From: a virus
Lineage: Duplodnaviria; Caudoviricetes
Strand: one strand, 5' to 3'
Length of the DNA stretch: 64,000 nucleotides
IMG/VR virus record: IMGVR_UViG_3300024229_000651
Each line of letters begins with the position of its first letter. Positions within the stretch are counted from its first letter, which is position 1. Under the pieces are notes generated by a model. It saw only the letters and a list, made by a program, of their open reading frames with translations, was not told the DNA's origin and did no database searches. The position numbers and the translations under genes were made by a program. This document shows positions 1-9,139 of this stretch, piece by piece.

Positions 1-2
1 GC

Positions 3-338
3 TGCTTGCCCTGCCTTCTTAGCGGCTATTGCTGCCTTCTTTGCCTGTATGGCTGCTGATCCGCCGGCTAGTGCATCCTGTGGTTGGGCTGTACTGTTTC
101 CTTTTACTTGGGATCTTAAGGCCGGGTCTGTTAAAATATTGCCTTTCTTGCCGGCGGCTGTTTGTTTTACAGGAGCAACTTTAGGTTGCTTAGGCTGTGC
201 CGGTGCTGCTTTTTTCTTTTTATTAAAAATAGCATCGTAATTGCTACTAAAGTTTTTCTGTGCTTTTGCAGACTGATCTCCACGTAATGCGCCTGGTTTT
301 CCGGGGACGGGTGCTTCTTCTATTTGTTCAAGTCTCAT
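3..338 (-). CDS. Hypothetical Lys/Ala/Pro-rich protein, truncated by window start; probable virion internal protein
   Basis: Not in the ORF track. Open frame from ATG at 338 (GGAGAG upstream): MRLEQIEEAPVPGKPGALRGDQ...AAKKAGQA, runs off the window edge. Confidence 0.7.
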   Translation of the reverse strand, partial: MRLEQIEEAPVPGKPGALRGDQSAKAQKNFSSNYDAIFNKKKKAAPAQPKQPKVAPVKQTAAGKKGNILTDPALRSQVKGNSTAQPQDALAGGSAAIQAKKAAIAAKKAGQA

Positions 339-600
339 CTTTATTACTCTCCAACGTAACTTTTTTTAGTCCTCGAGAAAATTTAGCAGAATCACCTGAT
401 TTTAAACTATTCATCAGTCGCTTTTCCAAATCTGCGGCTGTATCATCTTCATACAAATCGGATAACATTGATCTTATATTGTTCACTGTACTCACTAGAT
501 GCTGAACTCTATTTTCTAAAATGTGGTTTTTATCTCTATCCACACTAATAGAGTTAAGCTCTTCAAGTATACTACGTGATCGTTTATCAGTCATTCTCAA
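328..600 (-). CDS. Hypothetical protein
   Basis: 90-aa ORF with AGGA SD and GATAAATA motif at 619-626. Confidence 0.7.
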   Translation of the reverse strand: MRMTDKRSRSILEELNSISVDRDKNHILENRVQHLVSTVNNIRSMLSDLYEDDTAADLEKRLMNSLKSGDSAKFSRGLKKVTLESNKDET

Positions 601-657
601 AAGTCCTAATCTTTCTTATATTTATCAAAATATTTAAAATTTATTTAAGTAAGAATG

Positions 658-2031
658 CTAGAAATCATTCTTCTTCATAAACTCACGCATGTTAAGTGCT
701 GTACTCACTGTATCCTGCGCTTCAGGTTCTTGCGCAGAAATACTACTATTTCGTTTTAATTGATCTACTAGGCTACTTGTGGTAACAGTCATTGCATCGT
801 CGTCGTCGTCATCTAAATCTTCAATACGTAATGTGTCAGGATTAAATTTTAAATCCACTTTACTACCGACACCACTACTGCTACGTGTTTTCATAAACTG
901 TATTTGATATCTACCACGTTCTCTCATAGCATTACTTGTAAATATACCTACAACATTATCTGCTGTTTGTATTTTACTAATGCCGCCTGCAATATGACTA
1001 TGATCGAACTCAATCTCTTCTACAGCACTCCTGCCTAACTGCGATGCTGTTACTAATAATATATCTCGTTCAGAAGCCAAATTGCGTAATTCTTCGGATA
1101 CATACTTGTCTTTCACGTATAGATTTTCAGGTGATATCTTAGCACTGATAGGCATCATCAAATCTAAGTAATCCACTAACACTGCATCCACTTTTATATC
1201 ACTGTTAATCTCGTATTCTCGAATAAATGCTCTAATATCATTTGTATTAATTCCACTAGGCATTTGTTTTACTCTAAACTTTCCTGCGCCTTTGCCTTTC
1301 ATTCGGACTTTTAAGTCTACATCATCCATATTTTTCATAATTTCTCTGGCGCCGTAACCACTAACCATACTGTCCAGTCTCATACTAATAAGTGGCTCAC
1401 TAAGTTCTAAACTTATGTATACAACATTAAGTCCAGCTAAACTCCAATTAACACCAAAGTTCTGTAAAAACAAACTTTTGCCTGCGCCCGATCCTCCTGC
1501 GAATATTGTTATTTCGCCTCTGTTCAGGCCACCGTATAATTTTCGATCAATGCCTTGCCAACCTGTGCTAACTGCACCTGATTGACTTTTGATATACTGC
1601 AATCTTTCCTTAGGATTTTCAAAATACTCTAAACCTAAATCTTTGACTAGTCCAACTTGTACAGCCTCTTTAATTTTAGTTTCTACTGTACCGTAATCTT
1701 GGTTCTCTAAGAGATCTGTACTTTCAAGAATTGCTTTTTCTAGTGCTTTATGTCTACAAAACTGTTCGAAGTTATCTAGGAACCATTCTATATGATTTTC
1801 ATTGATTCCTTCAATACGTTCTAGTTCCACTCCGGTCTTTGCAGTTATTTGATCAATGGTAGGAATACTATTGTATTCGTTAGCATGATCTTGTAAAAAT
1901 CCAACAGTTTCCCTAAAGCGTCTATTAAACATCTCCGGTTGCACTATATTACTTACACGTATAAACAACTCAGGATCTGTTACTAAAAACTTTAAATATA
2001 ACTCTTGTATTTCTTCTGTGTATTCCTGCAT
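658..2031 (-). CDS. gp41: DnaB-like replicative helicase (T4 gp41-like)
   Basis: Walker A GGSGAGKS, YISLE, VDYLDL, TASQL, QFMKTR motifs; follows primase. Confidence 0.93.
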   Translation of the reverse strand: MQEYTEEIQELYLKFLVTDPELFIRVSNIVQPEMFNRRFRETVGFLQDHANEYNSIPTIDQITAKTGVELERIEGINENHIEWFLDNFEQFCRHKALEKAILESTDLLENQDYGTVETKIKEAVQVGLVKDLGLEYFENPKERLQYIKSQSGAVSTGWQGIDRKLYGGLNRGEITIFAGGSGAGKSLFLQNFGVNWSLAGLNVVYISLELSEPLISMRLDSMVSGYGAREIMKNMDDVDLKVRMKGKGAGKFRVKQMPSGINTNDIRAFIREYEINSDIKVDAVLVDYLDLMMPISAKISPENLYVKDKYVSEELRNLASERDILLVTASQLGRSAVEEIEFDHSHIAGGISKIQTADNVVGIFTSNAMRERGRYQIQFMKTRSSSGVGSKVDLKFNPDTLRIEDLDDDDDDAMTVTTSSLVDQLKRNSSISAQEPEAQDTVSTALNMREFMKKNDF

Positions 2032-2037
2032 TTTAAA

Positions 2038-2844
2038 CTACTGCCTCTTAGAAAGTATTCTAGTCAATTCTTCTTTAATGTATGATGCTATCAGTTGATT
2101 GCCTTCTTGGTTTGGATGACCGTCTTCAAACCTGTGGTCTACAGATGCCGATGTTAGAGGTTGCGCCCAATTATCTAAATCGACTAACCCCATTAGTATT
2201 CTCATATAATCCACACTGATCCCAGCAACGTCATTCATCATTTGTAATACATTTGACCCTATTGACATTGACGTAAACAGATAGGGGACTCCTGCATCTT
2301 TTAAATAATTTTGCAAAAATAGCACTTTTTGTAAATACTCGATCTGCAAATTATTCTTATTCCACGTATATTTTAACATATCGCTTACTGCTAGTAAAGA
2401 CTTTTGATGCATCTTATTATCTTCTATCTTGTTTTGTAAATAAGCGTTGTCTACATGGCTGTCATACAAAAAATTATTGTTTAAAAAACGGGCACCCTCC
2501 CTAGTTTCAAACACGCATTCGCCTGTACAATAATTTATATAGTCTGCCACCAAATCACTATAAAATTCGTGGCGGAATATACTAGAAAATTGTATTACAG
2601 CTATCGTATCGTCAGTACCGTTTTTTTCTAACCATTCCACTGTCTGTCTAATTATTTTATCGTTGCTGTTTCCAGGTAGAGAAATATTATGCAATTCATA
2701 ATCACTGGAATCGCTAATAAGGTTGGGCCACAAAAACCCCTCATCCTTAGAAGGACAATGCAAATCTTCTGCTGTTTCGCCGTCTACAATATGCACTAAA
2801 TCTGCTCCGGCACTAAAACTGCATCCACTAACTAATAATCTCAT
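2038..2844 (-). CDS. SGNH/GDSL-hydrolase-like protein
   Basis: N-terminal LLVSGCSFS (block I), GNSN, C-terminal DGHPNQEG (DxH catalytic pair). Confidence 0.55.
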   Translation of the reverse strand: MRLLVSGCSFSAGADLVHIVDGETAEDLHCPSKDEGFLWPNLISDSSDYELHNISLPGNSNDKIIRQTVEWLEKNGTDDTIAVIQFSSIFRHEFYSDLVADYINYCTGECVFETREGARFLNNNFLYDSHVDNAYLQNKIEDNKMHQKSLLAVSDMLKYTWNKNNLQIEYLQKVLFLQNYLKDAGVPYLFTSMSIGSNVLQMMNDVAGISVDYMRILMGLVDLDNWAQPLTSASVDHRFEDGHPNQEGNQLIASYIKEELTRILSKRQ

Positions 2845-3830
2845 AACATCTTTGCCTGTACTTGTGCCTTAATCTTGTTATCTACTGCATACTTAATTAT
2901 GCTGGATAAGGTTAACAACCTACCATATTTTTGTACAGCGTCGGCAGCGTCTTTGATGTCTTTTTCCCATGGAGGAAAACTTACTTCCCATCCTAATTCC
3001 AGTGCTTGCTCTATTAATTGCTTACCTGGTTGATCTCTGTCAGGACACAGTATAACACGCTTACCCAGTTTATCTATTAAATGTGCTTGCTCTGCTGTAA
3101 CACTGTTACCTAATACACTTATACTGTCTATTAATACTGCATCTAGCACACCTTCTGTGACTACTACAATTTCACGCTGGGTATCAACGAACTTGTCAAT
3201 ATTAAACACATACCCAGGTGGCATATTACTAAGATATTTAGGAGTCTTCTTGTCTAAAGGATTCACATGCCTGGACGTCCAACCAATCAAATTACCGTTA
3301 TACATGAACGGCACTACTAATCGCTTGCTGTACTGTAATTTTAATTCAGTATTGTAGCCAAAATACAGTAGCGTTTTACCGAGCAAACCTCTTTCTCTAG
3401 CATACTGCTTAACATCATGGTCATCGGGTAGTAAATCAATTGTAGTTGCATTCTCGGGTAATTCTATAGTTTCAAACTTAGAAGCACTATACACATATTC
3501 GCCTGTGTCCTCTACATCCAATTCCTCACCGTACTTCATCAAATTCATAATTGTATCATGTATTTGTTTGTCCGGGACAGCTAATGCTGATAGTAATTTT
3601 TTGTACTTTATACCTAATCTAGGACTCGGTGACCATCCTGTAGTGTAATCACAATTGAAGCAATGGTAACTAATCTTAGGTCCTGTTTGTCTGATGCCAC
3701 CTCGTTTGCGCTTATCATCGCATATAGGACAATTAAGCGTAATCCAGCCGCTTGGAGTTTTACCGGATTTAATAGGTAAATTATCCAATAACAGTCGATG
3801 TACTTGTTCTACTAAGTCATGGTGTTGCAT
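2841..3830 (-). CDS. gp61: DNA primase (T4 gp61-like)
   Basis: Zn finger CPIC...YHCFNC, TOPRIM EGVLDA and PDRD, KDAAD. Confidence 0.9.
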   Translation of the reverse strand: MQHHDLVEQVHRLLLDNLPIKSGKTPSGWITLNCPICDDKRKRGGIRQTGPKISYHCFNCDYTTGWSPSPRLGIKYKKLLSALAVPDKQIHDTIMNLMKYGEELDVEDTGEYVYSASKFETIELPENATTIDLLPDDHDVKQYARERGLLGKTLLYFGYNTELKLQYSKRLVVPFMYNGNLIGWTSRHVNPLDKKTPKYLSNMPPGYVFNIDKFVDTQREIVVVTEGVLDAVLIDSISVLGNSVTAEQAHLIDKLGKRVILCPDRDQPGKQLIEQALELGWEVSFPPWEKDIKDAADAVQKYGRLLTLSSIIKYAVDNKIKAQVQAKML

Positions 3831-3836
3831 AAAACA

Positions 3837-3864
3837 ATTATAACACCTTAAGGGAGAAAGTCAA
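3837..3864 (-). promoter_or_regulatory. Sigma70-type promoter for primase
   Basis: TTGACT-16-TATAAT with TG extension; ATG 6 nt after -10 box. Confidence 0.7.
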
Positions 3865-4695
3865 CTAATTTCTAAGAAGTATTTTATCAACGGAGCCTGA
3901 TGTTTTCACAAACTCTACACGTATCCAGTTAGTATTAATTGTAAAATTAAAAGGATCGACTCCTGAAAAAGCAGTTGTGTAAGGAATAACACTCTGGCCG
4001 AAATCACCTTGCGGATTAATGTTATACCAATCGCTTTCCTGTGTAGGTGTAGACTCTAACGCACTGCCCTGAATTTGTATTTTACCAACAAACTCGTTAA
4101 GATAGAACCCAATCGTGTGTCGACTATGTCTGTAATTCTTAGCCTGGTTTCCATACATAGCACTAGTGACAAATTTGTCTTCGGCATCACCTAATGTAAC
4201 ATTACCTGTTTGTATAAAAGATACACTTGATTGGCTAGGTAACGGATGATATTCTAACGGACTTTTTATTTCAAACTGTGTAATTACACCTTCATTTTGA
4301 TTAGCATAAAGTGCATACTGTGATTGTCCCGAATCTGCGCTTTTTGATATAGCCATTTTGTAAAAGCCCGGTCTTAGATCAGTTAGATCACCTGTGCTTA
4401 AATCTAAACGTACTTCCCCCACAGAATCAGCTACGTGCGTTAATTGTTTGAACATAACTCGAGTATTTGTATTCGGATCTATGACTGTGATATACAATGT
4501 TTCAGATGAAACGTCTTGTAATACCCTATCTCTATTCCTAATAAAGAAATTCACTGTGTTAGTAAATCCTTTTTGCACGACTATTGATGTTTGATTCATT
4601 GGTTTGTTATCCACCTTGATTGTATCGCTAGAAAGAACCAAGTCAATTGACTGATTTTCCAACAAATATAAAATTTTGGCATTATTATTTGACAT
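3865..4695 (-). CDS. Hypothetical beta-rich protein, possibly baseplate/virion associated
   Basis: 276-aa ORF behind GATAAATA at 4726-4733; beta-sandwich-like pattern. Confidence 0.55.
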   Translation of the reverse strand: MSNNNAKILYLLENQSIDLVLSSDTIKVDNKPMNQTSIVVQKGFTNTVNFFIRNRDRVLQDVSSETLYITVIDPNTNTRVMFKQLTHVADSVGEVRLDLSTGDLTDLRPGFYKMAISKSADSGQSQYALYANQNEGVITQFEIKSPLEYHPLPSQSSVSFIQTGNVTLGDAEDKFVTSAMYGNQAKNYRHSRHTIGFYLNEFVGKIQIQGSALESTPTQESDWYNINPQGDFGQSVIPYTTAFSGVDPFNFTINTNWIRVEFVKTSGSVDKILLRN

Positions 4696-4725
4696 ATCAT
4701 GTTCTCTGTACCATTCTTTGTATAG

Positions 4726-4748
4726 TATTTATCTCCTGCATATAAATA
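4726..4748. promoter_or_regulatory. Divergent pair of late-promoter motifs
   Basis: GATAAATA on minus (4726-4733) and TATAAATA on plus (4741-4748), the latter 6 nt before ATG 4755. Confidence 0.65.
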
Positions 4749-4754
4749 TTACTG

Positions 4755-5126
4755 ATGACAAGTAATGATGATTTACAAAAAAAATTCCCTTTCTTAACGT
4801 GCATTATCTTCAATAACGCAGAATATGTTGGTATAGTTCAGAACAAAGACAATCATATAATAAGTTTTTATGATATAGAGAAGTGTGCAAACAATAAAGA
4901 AAAACGACTCATGTTAGACCATGGCGACCTATGGTGGTGGGAGAGCAACCGGCTCTTACCGATAGATGTATTTTTATACACTGAGATGAAGTCATTCAAA
5001 CATACCTTAAGATCATTTATGGTGAAAGAAGTTGAAGTTGTCTTTGGCCCTGTAACCAGTATGCAGAATATTTTAAAGAAAAGAATCAAGCGCCGCACTG
5101 TGCAGCTAGTTAAAAAAGTAGACTAA
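4755..5126 (+). CDS. Hypothetical phage protein
   Basis: 123-aa ORF with late motif, convergent with the DnaE-like gene. Confidence 0.7.
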   Translation: MTSNDDLQKKFPFLTCIIFNNAEYVGIVQNKDNHIISFYDIEKCANNKEKRLMLDHGDLWWWESNRLLPIDVFLYTEMKSFKHTLRSFMVKEVEVVFGPVTSMQNILKKRIKRRTVQLVKKVD

Positions 5127-5698
5127 GTTAACCCCTCGCAAATCAAGTTTAATTGCACAATAATTGCTGTTGCAAACGCAATTGCATGCGCCTTCTTAAA
5201 ATAATACTCACCACTTACGGGTTTATCCCACACTGTTTTGACAATTTCTTCAAACGACTCGCCTATTAAATGCTTTTTAGCAGGACGTATAATAGCCAAT
5301 ATCATCGCCAATTGTTCTACATTTACAGGTTTATAGTCTTTAACTATGTGGGCATAGTTGTTAATGTGATATAACTGACTGACAACCTCTGCATGCAGTA
5401 GTAGGTCCCACATAGGCTCAGTATTTAATAGCTTATCTAAATGTGTTTCATCACGAACGGTTTGATAGATAGTGTTATTTAAAAAATCTACTTTGAAATA
5501 TCCAGCTTTTTCAGCTTCTTTATGATCTATGGTACTGTAGCCCTTTAAAGGAAAAGTTGGTATAGGCTGGAAATAAACGCCAGTCTTATGCTTCTCAAAT
5601 TCTGAGTCACGCTTTATAGCAGCAGGTATATGGTTGATCAAGTTCAAGAACTTGTCTCTATCAGCCATATCGATATCTACATCAAAATTAATCTGCAT
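5123..5698 (-). CDS. Minimal DNA polymerase III alpha (DnaE)-like catalytic core, 191 aa
   Basis: FDVDID (cf. PDFDVD), KHKTGVY (cf. KHAGGVV), GYFKVDFL (cf. KFDFL), IRPA (cf. RPGP), YYFKKAHAIAFA (cf. YGFNKSHSAAYA). Confidence 0.8.
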   Translation of the reverse strand: MQINFDVDIDMADRDKFLNLINHIPAAIKRDSEFEKHKTGVYFQPIPTFPLKGYSTIDHKEAEKAGYFKVDFLNNTIYQTVRDETHLDKLLNTEPMWDLLLHAEVVSQLYHINNYAHIVKDYKPVNVEQLAMILAIIRPAKKHLIGESFEEIVKTVWDKPVSGEYYFKKAHAIAFATAIIVQLNLICEGLT

Positions 5699-6029
5699 TT
5701 TTCATCTTATTAAGCATTTGAACATTTTCAAACAGTGAGCGTAATTCATTGTCTTCGGGTAAGTTATTAATTGTTTCAATTAGTGCATCAAGTAACTTAA
5801 TTTTTTGCTCGTCGATTTTTGCACTTCCTACGTATAAAGAGTTATCTAGTTCTATAGTGTCACTAGAAGTGGGACCGGTTAGGATAATATCATCTAGATT
5901 CAATGTATTCAAATCAAAGGATGTAATAGTATCAGTATACATTGAATCGTGTGTAGAAATACTTAAAGGTGAGTCTACTGTAACAACGTTAAAATCTAAC
6001 GGGTAATATGGGTCATTGGGGTCATGCAT
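5688..6029 (-). CDS. Hypothetical protein
   Basis: 113-aa ORF overlapping both neighbours. Confidence 0.6.
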   Translation of the reverse strand: MHDPNDPYYPLDFNVVTVDSPLSISTHDSMYTDTITSFDLNTLNLDDIILTGPTSSDTIELDNSLYVGSAKIDEQKIKLLDALIETINNLPEDNELRSLFENVQMLNKMKNAD

Positions 6030-6315
6030 ATAAATTACTCCATTTTATTAATTTCTTTTGCTTCGCTATTTTACGTTCTTCTATATGGTCGTCGGTGACA
6101 TAGCCGTGCTGTTTTAGTAATTCTATCATTAGTATAACATCACCGATCTCATCCTGCAAGTTATTTAAGTATTTTGTTTTTCCGTTACTGCGGATAACTT
6201 TACTACAGGCTTGTATTAATTCGCCGCATTCTTCCATAGTGTTAACTAATAATTCAACTTGTCTTTCCATATTATAACTCCTCATATAAAAGGGCGTCCA
6301 TGCCCTAGTAATCAA
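6022..6315 (-). CDS. MazG-like nucleotide pyrophosphohydrolase
   Basis: EECGELIQACSK...DEIGDV (EExxE...ExxD). Confidence 0.75.
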   Translation of the reverse strand: MITRAWTPFYMRSYNMERQVELLVNTMEECGELIQACSKVIRSNGKTKYLNNLQDEIGDVILMIELLKQHGYVTDDHIEERKIAKQKKLIKWSNLYA

Positions 6316-6756
6316 TTAAGATTCGCCATCCCAAGGATCGCCGTTATTACATAAGTCTTGCCATGCTGTTTCCTCAAAGGAAGCTACACCAGTAGGTTCA
6401 TACCAATCACATTGATTGTATTGACCATCGCCTGTGACATCACAATCACGGTACCAAATTTGATCATCGAACGTGTAACCATTTTCATGCAACTCATGCG
6501 CTTCACACCATTCCTGTGTTCCCTTCGGATTTGGATTTGGTGTGTATGGTGGTGCATCGACCTTTGTAGAAGGCCACAACTTTTTAAATTGTACGGTCTT
6601 CTGGTAAGGATGATAACTGTACAAGTTATCTTGTTGGGTGATAAAGACCTTCTCATCCTCACCAACAGTGTACACTTCACCATTACCATATTCGATAACG
6701 GTTTGTGCACTAGCACTCAAACTAACGAGTGTCAAACATAGTAGTAAATACTTCAT
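6316..6756 (-). CDS. Secreted Cys-containing hypothetical protein
   Basis: Signal peptide MKYLLLCLTLVSLSASA; AGGAG SD; DVTGDGQYNQCD EF-hand/dockerin-like loop. Confidence 0.65.
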   Translation of the reverse strand: MKYLLLCLTLVSLSASAQTVIEYGNGEVYTVGEDEKVFITQQDNLYSYHPYQKTVQFKKLWPSTKVDAPPYTPNPNPKGTQEWCEAHELHENGYTFDDQIWYRDCDVTGDGQYNQCDWYEPTGVASFEETAWQDLCNNGDPWDGES

Positions 6757-6836
6757 ATATTGTCTCCTGTGTGTTAATTACCACGACATGCATTCACGTG
6801 AACGCATGTATCGTAACCCCTACACAGTACTGCAAA

Positions 6837-7496
6837 TTAAATTTCCTTATTTTTAAACTCTTCTGCAAGTGGGAATATCTTTGCAATAACATCTGCTACA
6901 ACATGGGCAATATCCATATGCTCTTGTTGTGTACCATTGGCCCCACGTAACTCAATGTAATGAATCCAACTACGCAACGTACCGTTAACGTACAGCCTGC
7001 TTAACGTGTTTCCTTCCGGTAGTACTGCTCTTGCCTGCTCTTTAGCAATACCGTTGCTTACAGCCCACGTATAAGCGTCTGTGGCGGCTTTTATCACTTC
7101 CCGTTGGCGTTTATGCCATTCGATTTCTAAGCCGTCATTGTCTGATTTAATGCTGTTCTGTCTATTCTTAGGATCTTGTAATCGTGCTTCACGAGTCATA
7201 AAGTCTAAGTCCTGTGTTGGGTCAGCATAACGTTGACTAAACTCCTGGAAACTAAAACTTCTATGACGTAGCAATTGTCTTGCTATGTCTCTGGTTGTTT
7301 CTACTTCCAAACAAACGCTCACCATTTCAAGTGGGGACCAGTGCTTGTGTTTCATCAAATACTTTACAAGTTTTTCATTTGTTAGTTTATTGTTTTGATT
7401 ATCTGGATTACTTACTCTTGCACAGTATGCAACTAAATCTAATGCTGAATCACTGTGATCCGGCGCTTGACTATGACTGATTAATTTTACTTTCAT
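6837..7496 (-). CDS. thyX: FAD-dependent thymidylate synthase
   Basis: HWSPLE, RHRSFSFQEFSQRY, ARAVLP, LRSWIHYIELR; start set at MKVKLI (ATGA overlap with upstream stop). Confidence 0.95.
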   Translation of the reverse strand: MKVKLISHSQAPDHSDSALDLVAYCARVSNPDNQNNKLTNEKLVKYLMKHKHWSPLEMVSVCLEVETTRDIARQLLRHRSFSFQEFSQRYADPTQDLDFMTREARLQDPKNRQNSIKSDNDGLEIEWHKRQREVIKAATDAYTWAVSNGIAKEQARAVLPEGNTLSRLYVNGTLRSWIHYIELRGANGTQQEHMDIAHVVADVIAKIFPLAEEFKNKEI

Positions 7497-8161
7497 ATAT
7501 TTGCATCCTTGCATGCTTGTTTAATTGTTTCGACTTCCGCCTTGTTGGTTTTAAAGACTTTCATCCAAAAAGGAGGATCGATCAGTTCTTTAATCATTTC
7601 AACTTGCTCCGAAGACAGTCTTGTTAAAAGTTGATCTCCTGTGTTACACAGGTATAATACCCAAGGGCTAATTTTTGCAGCTCGGATATCATATACAGCT
7701 CTAGGCGAGGAAACTGTAGCAAAATAATCTTGCCAACTGTAGTCGCTTTCCTTGCTCCATTCTGCAAGATATATAATTGTGCGTTCTAGTGCTTTTAGTC
7801 CGGGTTCTTTTTTTAAGAACTCCCTCAAATATGTTTCATATTGTTTGTCGCTGGGCCAATCTTTTAATTTAATGCCGTTCTTTATAAGCCACTCTGTGTA
7901 AAGTTCTGGACTCATCCATTCATTTAATTTGCAAGCTCTTCCGAATTTGACAAACGCCTCATAGTACTGACTTTGTATAAAGTCTTCCATACTTTTAGGC
8001 TTAGTTGCAGATGTATTCATCTCATAAAACATTTGAAAGGCCCTATGGCCCAAGCGTACATGGCTCAAATCTTTATCGGACCAGCGTCTTTTTTTAACAC
8101 ACATATGTGCACTTAGAGTACGCTCGGTAGTAAAGGACTTTTTACACCACTTGCATTCCAT
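7493..8161 (-). CDS. C2H2-type Zn-finger hypothetical protein
   Basis: CKWCKKSF...SAHMC at N-terminus. Confidence 0.6.
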   Translation of the reverse strand: MECKWCKKSFTTERTLSAHMCVKKRRWSDKDLSHVRLGHRAFQMFYEMNTSATKPKSMEDFIQSQYYEAFVKFGRACKLNEWMSPELYTEWLIKNGIKLKDWPSDKQYETYLREFLKKEPGLKALERTIIYLAEWSKESDYSWQDYFATVSSPRAVYDIRAAKISPWVLYLCNTGDQLLTRLSSEQVEMIKELIDPPFWMKVFKTNKAEVETIKQACKDANI

Positions 8162-8625
8162 TACTTGAACACTTCCTTTATTTCTTTATTAGACATACCT
8201 GCAGACATAGCAAGGTCTTTTAGTTCTTCGTCTGTATTAATCGACAGTAACAAATCGACTTCGTCCTGTTTGAGGTGCGGTAGCAGATCTGCTATAAATT
8301 GAGAACGCTTGTTCTTTTTACGCTTGCTATTGGGAGGCTTAATATAAGGATGATTCTGCACTTTACCGATTCCGGCGGCTGTAAATAATAGCCACTGTAA
8401 TTCGGGATGTTTGCTAACATCACTAAACTTGTGATTTACAAGCTCGTTAACCATCCACAAATAGTCAGGTGCACATGCACCTTGTACACTACTTGCATAC
8501 CTCATCATCATCCATGCGCTGAATGCTTTTTTCTTTTCATCAGTTAACTTATTATACCATCCTCTGTCTTTTTTGTCAATTGCTTTCATGACTTCTGATA
8601 AAGGTATTTGGGGTGCTTTAGCCAT
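8161..8625 (-). CDS. Probable clamp loader small subunit (gp62-like)
   Basis: Size and FSAWMMMRYAS...VNELVN pattern resembling gp62; replication-gene context. Confidence 0.45.
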   Translation of the reverse strand: MAKAPQIPLSEVMKAIDKKDRGWYNKLTDEKKKAFSAWMMMRYASSVQGACAPDYLWMVNELVNHKFSDVSKHPELQWLLFTAAGIGKVQNHPYIKPPNSKRKKNKRSQFIADLLPHLKQDEVDLLLSINTDEELKDLAMSAGMSNKEIKEVFK

Positions 8626-9139
8626 TAATAATGCCTATGTAATGTGATTCGCCGTTGCTTACAGACTCTACCCAATCAACATCACTGTTCTCATTAGCAG
8701 AGTCGCTAACATACTTATAACAACGGAACTCGACACCTGCTGATTTACAGGCTTTTGCAATTGCGTATGCTTCCATTTCTACTACATCTGCTGGAAGTTC
8801 TAAGTTAGAATCCATTACAAAATCATCTCCGGTGCTACAAGTATACCCTTCACCCAAACTGATCAGATTAGGCTCTGGGGCAACTACAGCATCTAGTGTT
8901 TCAGGACATCGATCCCTGTCACGCTCTACAAAGTTTTTTATTTCATATAATCCAGTACCCAAAGTAATACCTCCGCAAGTACCAAAATTCCAAACACGTT
9001 TCGGCTTATACCGCTCAATTAGTGTTGCCGCGGTGATAGCGGCATTAACTTTGCCTACTCCAGTAAAAAATACACTGGGCCATGTTGCCATCTCTGGCGC
9101 TTCTGCTTCTAATGCAATTAAAATTATATCATTCATCAT
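8618..9139 (-). CDS. mtnN: MTA/SAH nucleosidase-like (PNP_UDP_1 family)
   Basis: GVGKVNAA, NFGTCGG, TGDDFV, VEMEAYAIA, YVSDSA; start set at MMNDII. Confidence 0.8.
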   Translation of the reverse strand: MMNDIILIALEAEAPEMATWPSVFFTGVGKVNAAITAATLIERYKPKRVWNFGTCGGITLGTGLYEIKNFVERDRDRCPETLDAVVAPEPNLISLGEGYTCSTGDDFVMDSNLELPADVVEMEAYAIAKACKSAGVEFRCYKYVSDSANENSDVDWVESVSNGESHYIGIING

